From positions 157,383-221,382 of the forward strand of contig CAJMPQ010000001.1 of the NCBI GenBank assembly GCA_905215335.1: DNA of 64,000 nt, written 5' to 3'. A program made the translations under genes and the position numbers. Below, piece by piece: positions 60,656-64,000 of this stretch. The stretch comes from an uncultured bacterium (GTDB taxonomy: Bacteria > Cyanobacteriota > Vampirovibrionia > Gastranaerophilales > Gastranaerophilaceae). The notes under the pieces are model-generated. The model worked only from the letters and a program-made list of their open reading frames with translations. It made no database searches and had not been told where the DNA came from. Each line of letters opens with the position of its first letter. Positions within the stretch are counted from its first letter, which is position 1.

Positions 60656-62407
60656 CTATTGATTTTGATTTGCTCCATCTTGTTGAGCAGAAGAATTATC
60701 AGAAGAAGTATCTCCTGTGTTGTTTGCAGAACTATCTGAAGAACTAGAACTATTTCCAGAATTATTATCAGCTTTATCTTTATTATTAGCAGCATCAACT
60801 AATTTCTGCATAAACAATTTCAATTGATTGTCTGACATATTTGTAATTTCAAATATATAAGGAGCATTATCAATTGTTGATAATGTACTATTCACAACAG
60901 TATCTAGTGAACCAGATTTCAAATCTAATTTACTTAAACGTAATTTTGATTCAACCATAGAATCTTTTAAATTTTTGAAAAATACATATACATCTTCTAC
61001 AGAATCAGCACAACCTTTTATGTCAATCATGCCATCATCACCTGTCATAAAGTATGTTAAGTAAAGATTTTTTGGAATTGATTCACCCAATGCTGCATAA
61101 GCCATAATTTTTGTTCTATTATTTTTTAGAACTTTTTCAATTTCAGCAACAGGATCAAATTTCTTTTCATCAGGCTTAGCTTCATATTGTTTTAACTGTT
61201 CATCTAAAGCTGTAATTTGACTATCTAAAGTCGCAATTTCTTCTTGTTGTTTATTACACATTTGAGTAGTTACTTGTTTACCAATTAATACTGGTATTAA
61301 AACTACAGCCAATAATGCCCCTGCAATTATTGTTGCTTTTAATGGTGTAAGTTTAATAACTTGTCCATTTCCTAATGGAATATCTACAACATCGTTTTTA
61401 GAAGCTTTTTGTCCAGCTGCACTCAAGAAATCTACATTAACAGGTATTAAACCTTCAGGTGCAGTATTACCAATTGAATGTAATGAAACCTTAATCTGAT
61501 CTTCAGGAATGATATTTAAACTCATTTCCATTAAAGGTTCTTTTCTAAATTGGTTATCTTCAACAGGAATCATTGCTCCGCTGAATTGTAAACGTTTTAC
61601 AAGAATTTCAGCAGAAACTAAATCTGTTTCTGAAATTACAACCAATGAACTTGAAGGTGTACTCATCAATGCAATTTGTGCAGCATTTTCAATGGCTGAA
61701 TAAATTTCTTCACCTTCATAAGACTTAATAGGAAGAGGTTCTTCGTAATATTCTAAAATTCTCTTACCTTGCATACCTAGCATTTGGAAACCACTGTTAT
61801 TGATAATCATCAAACTCCAAGAATTTCCATCATCATTCATTTGCTCAGCAGCAATTCCAGTAAGGAATAAACCTTTTAAATCTGCAAATAGAGAACAACT
61901 TACACTTGTTAAAGCTGCTCCCATACCCAATAAAATATCTTTAATCTTGTCTACAACTTCAACTTGAACTGCAGAATAAAATACACTTCTTGAATCTGAA
62001 TTTGTTGAAGCTAGAGCATCAAACCAGTATGGAATTGGCTCTTTACGTTTGAATACATAAGTTTGTTCTAATTCGCCAATAACAATATTGGTAATCGCAC
62101 TATCATCTAATAGTAATGGTAAACCTTCTTTTAACCCAAACCATACAGTCGGAACACTCAAATGAACATTCGCTTTTTTAGGGTTAATATTACGCATTTG
62201 GAATAATGCTTCTAAACCAGATTTTAATTCATCATAATTTGCAATTTCTCTTTGGGCTTCGTTATATTCCAAAGGAACTTGTGCATAAGACTTAACATTT
62301 CCATGTCCATCGACAGTAGTCATTTCCAAACCACATGCCGGTGATACAGAAACATATACGTCAATTCCTCCACCCATTCCCAAGCTGTCTAATATATTAC
62401 TTACCAT
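60656..62407 (-). CDS. Fused PilM-like (actin-like ATPase fold) / PilN-like protein (GspL-like architecture) with a Ser/Asn/Asp-rich tail
   Basis: 583 aa. The N-terminal 340 aa or so follow the PilM-like pattern (GIDVYVSVSP..., HLSVPTVWFGLKEGLPLL, FYSAVQVEVVDKIKDILLGMGAALTSV). A central TM (ATIIAGALLAVVLIPVLIG) and a coiled coil follow, then a PilN-like C-terminal region and the tail NNSGNSSSSSDSSANNTGDTSSDNSS. Confidence 0.4.
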   Translation of the reverse strand: MVSNILDSLGMGGGIDVYVSVSPACGLEMTTVDGHGNVKSYAQVPLEYNEAQREIANYDELKSGLEALFQMRNINPKKANVHLSVPTVWFGLKEGLPLLLDDSAITNIVIGELEQTYVFKRKEPIPYWFDALASTNSDSRSVFYSAVQVEVVDKIKDILLGMGAALTSVSCSLFADLKGLFLTGIAAEQMNDDGNSWSLMIINNSGFQMLGMQGKRILEYYEEPLPIKSYEGEEIYSAIENAAQIALMSTPSSSLVVISETDLVSAEILVKRLQFSGAMIPVEDNQFRKEPLMEMSLNIIPEDQIKVSLHSIGNTAPEGLIPVNVDFLSAAGQKASKNDVVDIPLGNGQVIKLTPLKATIIAGALLAVVLIPVLIGKQVTTQMCNKQQEEIATLDSQITALDEQLKQYEAKPDEKKFDPVAEIEKVLKNNRTKIMAYAALGESIPKNLYLTYFMTGDDGMIDIKGCADSVEDVYVFFKNLKDSMVESKLRLSKLDLKSGSLDTVVNSTLSTIDNAPYIFEITNMSDNQLKLFMQKLVDAANNKDKADNNSGNSSSSSDSSANNTGDTSSDNSSAQQDGANQNQ

Positions 62408-62518
62408 ATCTACCTTTTTACTCTTCTTACTATAATCTTATTTTTATTATACAATATATTTTATAAATAGAAAAATCTTAACATAAATTTACACCAAATG
62501 GAGGATGAATAATTTCAA

Positions 62519-63430
62519 ATGGAAAATATAGTAGAAAAAATTAAAACTTTAAAAAAAGAAAAAAATGCAGTTATACTAGCGCACTGCTATCAACCTGTAG
62601 AAATTGATTTAGTTGCAGACTACGTTGGAGATTCACTATATTTAAGCCAGGTAGCTTCTAAAACAGATGCGGATATTATAATCTTTGCTGGTGTATATTT
62701 TATGGCACAGACAGCAAAAATTTTAAATCCTAATAAAAAAGTTATATTACCAAATATAAACGCAGGATGCGAAATGGCTGATATGATAAATTTACAACAA
62801 CTTAGAACATTCAAAGAAAAGCACCCTAATATTCCGGTTGTTTGCTATATTAATTCAACAGCAGAAGTAAAATCAGAATGCGATATTTGTTGCACAAGTT
62901 CAAATGCAGTAGATATAGTAGCAAGTTTAAATGCTGAAAAAATTCTATTTGTTCCTGACAAAAATTTAGGCAGATGGGTTGAAAAACAATTAAAAACAAC
63001 TGAAGTAATAACATACAACGGATGTTGCCCTATTCATAATGAATTTGAACCTCAAGGAATAAAAGATACAAAATCAAAATATCCAAATGCTATTATTTTA
63101 GCTCACCCTGAATGTAGAGAAGAATTTCTTGACTTAGCAGATTATGTAGGAAGTACAACCGGCATTCTTAATTATGTGAAAAACAGTTCTGAAAAGCAAT
63201 TCATTATTGCAACTGAAAAAGGTGTAATTGACAGATTAAAAAGAGATTATCCAAATAAAGAATTTTATAGCATTAATGATAAACCTTCAATTTGTCAAAG
63301 CATGAAATTAAATTCTTTAGAAGACATATATCTTGCACTAAAAAATGAAACACCTTCAATAGAAGTAGATAAAGAAATTGCTCAAAAAGCAATAAAATGT
63401 ATTGATAAAATGTTAGAGGTTTCAAAATAA
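62519..63430 (+). CDS. nadA: Quinolinate synthase
   Basis: NAVILAHCYQ..E....AD.VGDSL.L........ADII.F.GV.FMA.TAKILNP.K.V.LP...AGC.MA and HPEC. 303 aa. Confidence 0.93.
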   Translation: MENIVEKIKTLKKEKNAVILAHCYQPVEIDLVADYVGDSLYLSQVASKTDADIIIFAGVYFMAQTAKILNPNKKVILPNINAGCEMADMINLQQLRTFKEKHPNIPVVCYINSTAEVKSECDICCTSSNAVDIVASLNAEKILFVPDKNLGRWVEKQLKTTEVITYNGCCPIHNEFEPQGIKDTKSKYPNAIILAHPECREEFLDLADYVGSTTGILNYVKNSSEKQFIIATEKGVIDRLKRDYPNKEFYSINDKPSICQSMKLNSLEDIYLALKNETPSIEVDKEIAQKAIKCIDKMLEVSK

Positions 63431-63432
63431 AT

Positions 63433-64000
63433 ATGGATAATTCTGAAATAATATATGGTAAAAATTCCGTAATGGAAGCTTTAATAGCAGGTAACAGAGA
63501 AATAAACAAAATTCTTATATCTAAAAACATTCACTCTGATGTAAAAATTAACAAGATAAAAGAACTTGCACAAAAAAATGGAGTAGTATTTCAATTTGTT
63601 GCAAAAGAAAAATTTCAACCATATGCAGAATTTAACCATCAAGGAATAATAGCACAAATTTCACCTATCGAATATATGGATATTGATGAATTTATAGAAA
63701 CAAGAGAACAAAATAAATATTCATCAGTAGTTATACTTGACGGTGTTGAAGATTCACATAATCTCGGAGCTATAATAAGAACATGTGTATGTGCAGGTGT
63801 AGATGGAATAATCATTCCTTCACGCCGAAATGTTCAAGTTAATTCAATTGTTGAAAAAACCAGCGCCGGCGCTATAAATCACATTCCTATCATAAAAGTA
63901 AATAGCCTGGTTAACGCAGTACAAAAATTAAAAGATAACAACTGGTGGATAATTGCAACAGACGCATCAGCAAAAGATAATTATTATGATGTTAAATATG
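63433..64000 (+). CDS. rlmB: 23S rRNA (guanosine-2'-O)-methyltransferase RlmB / SpoU-TrmH family (3' end beyond the window)
   Basis: Not in the ORF track because there is no stop in the window. ATG 63433 lies 2 nt after the nadA stop. Translation: MDNSEIIYGKNSVMEALIAGNREINKILISKN...HQGIIAQISP...VVILDGVEDSHNLGAIIRTCVCAGVDGIIIPSRRNVQVNSIVEKTSAGAINHIPI. Confidence 0.85.
   Translation, partial: MDNSEIIYGKNSVMEALIAGNREINKILISKNIHSDVKINKIKELAQKNGVVFQFVAKEKFQPYAEFNHQGIIAQISPIEYMDIDEFIETREQNKYSSVVILDGVEDSHNLGAIIRTCVCAGVDGIIIPSRRNVQVNSIVEKTSAGAINHIPIIKVNSLVNAVQKLKDNNWWIIATDASAKDNYYDVKY

Noticed and set aside
62408-62518. Leader regions of nadA, dxs, proB and the DAHP synthase gene checked for riboswitches, T-boxes or attenuators
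   Set aside because: The leaders are short (about 70-140 nt) and AT-rich. They lack recognisable conserved cores or terminator/antiterminator alternatives.
1-64000. CRISPR arrays, transposases, integrases, prophage or plasmid modules
   Set aside because: I found no regularly spaced direct repeats, no DDE, serine or tyrosine recombinase-like ORFs, and no phage structural genes. The window looks like core chromosome interspersed with orphan genes.
1-64000. Alternative genetic code (for example UGA or UAG reassignment), considered because of the extreme AT-richness
   Set aside because: Conserved enzymes (eno, hcp, ftsZ, aroC, proBA, dxs) translate full-length with the standard code and end where expected, so no recoding is needed.

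Overview
This window is a densely coding, very AT-rich bacterial chromosomal segment. It holds about 62 protein-coding genes on both strands, one tRNA-Gly(CCC) and many clean hairpin terminators, several of them bidirectional. I found no rRNA, CRISPR array, transposase, integrase or prophage module. The standard genetic code fits: ORFs are long and uninterrupted and stops are mostly TAA. Several genes use TTG or GTG starts. The ORF track over-extends a number of N-termini, and I corrected these from Shine-Dalgarno spacing.

Recognisable housekeeping genes are dxs, an Rrf2-hcp-cupin module, bcp, eno, DAHP synthase, tyrA, proBA, ftsZ, a uridine-kinase-family gene, dapL, a thioredoxin-like gene, beta-carbonic anhydrase, rnhA, a UvrD/PcrA-family helicase, maa, galM, aroC, nadA and rlmB (cut by the window end).

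Four things are compatible with a non-photosynthetic cyanobacteria-related (Melainabacteria/Vampirovibrionia-like) low-GC diderm: FtsZ with the cyanobacterial-type GVEFW motif, a DapL lysine route, PilM/N/O-like genes and the extreme AT-richness. This is inference only.

Accessory content worth attention:
- (i) An 8-kb minus-strand glycan-modification operon (1-8034). It contains a KdsB-family cytidylyltransferase, HAD phosphatases, an FkbM methyltransferase, sialyltransferase/DUF115-like proteins and an unusual HMGL-aldolase::transferase-like fusion.
- (ii) About ten orphan proteins scattered through the window that share an N-terminal leader-like motif ending in F-[TKQG]-[GA]. They include a 1968-aa giant protein with papain/PepC-like Cys..His..Asn motifs, a minimal kinase-like protein, a GNAT-like protein and an MTP18/MTFP1-like protein.
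- (iii) An orphan ADP-ribosyltransferase-like gene.
- (iv) Three paralogous small secreted matrixin-like metalloproteases.
- (v) A fused PilM/PilN-like gene plus a PilO-like gene.

All product calls are motif recognition from memory. No database search, structure prediction or statistics could be run.
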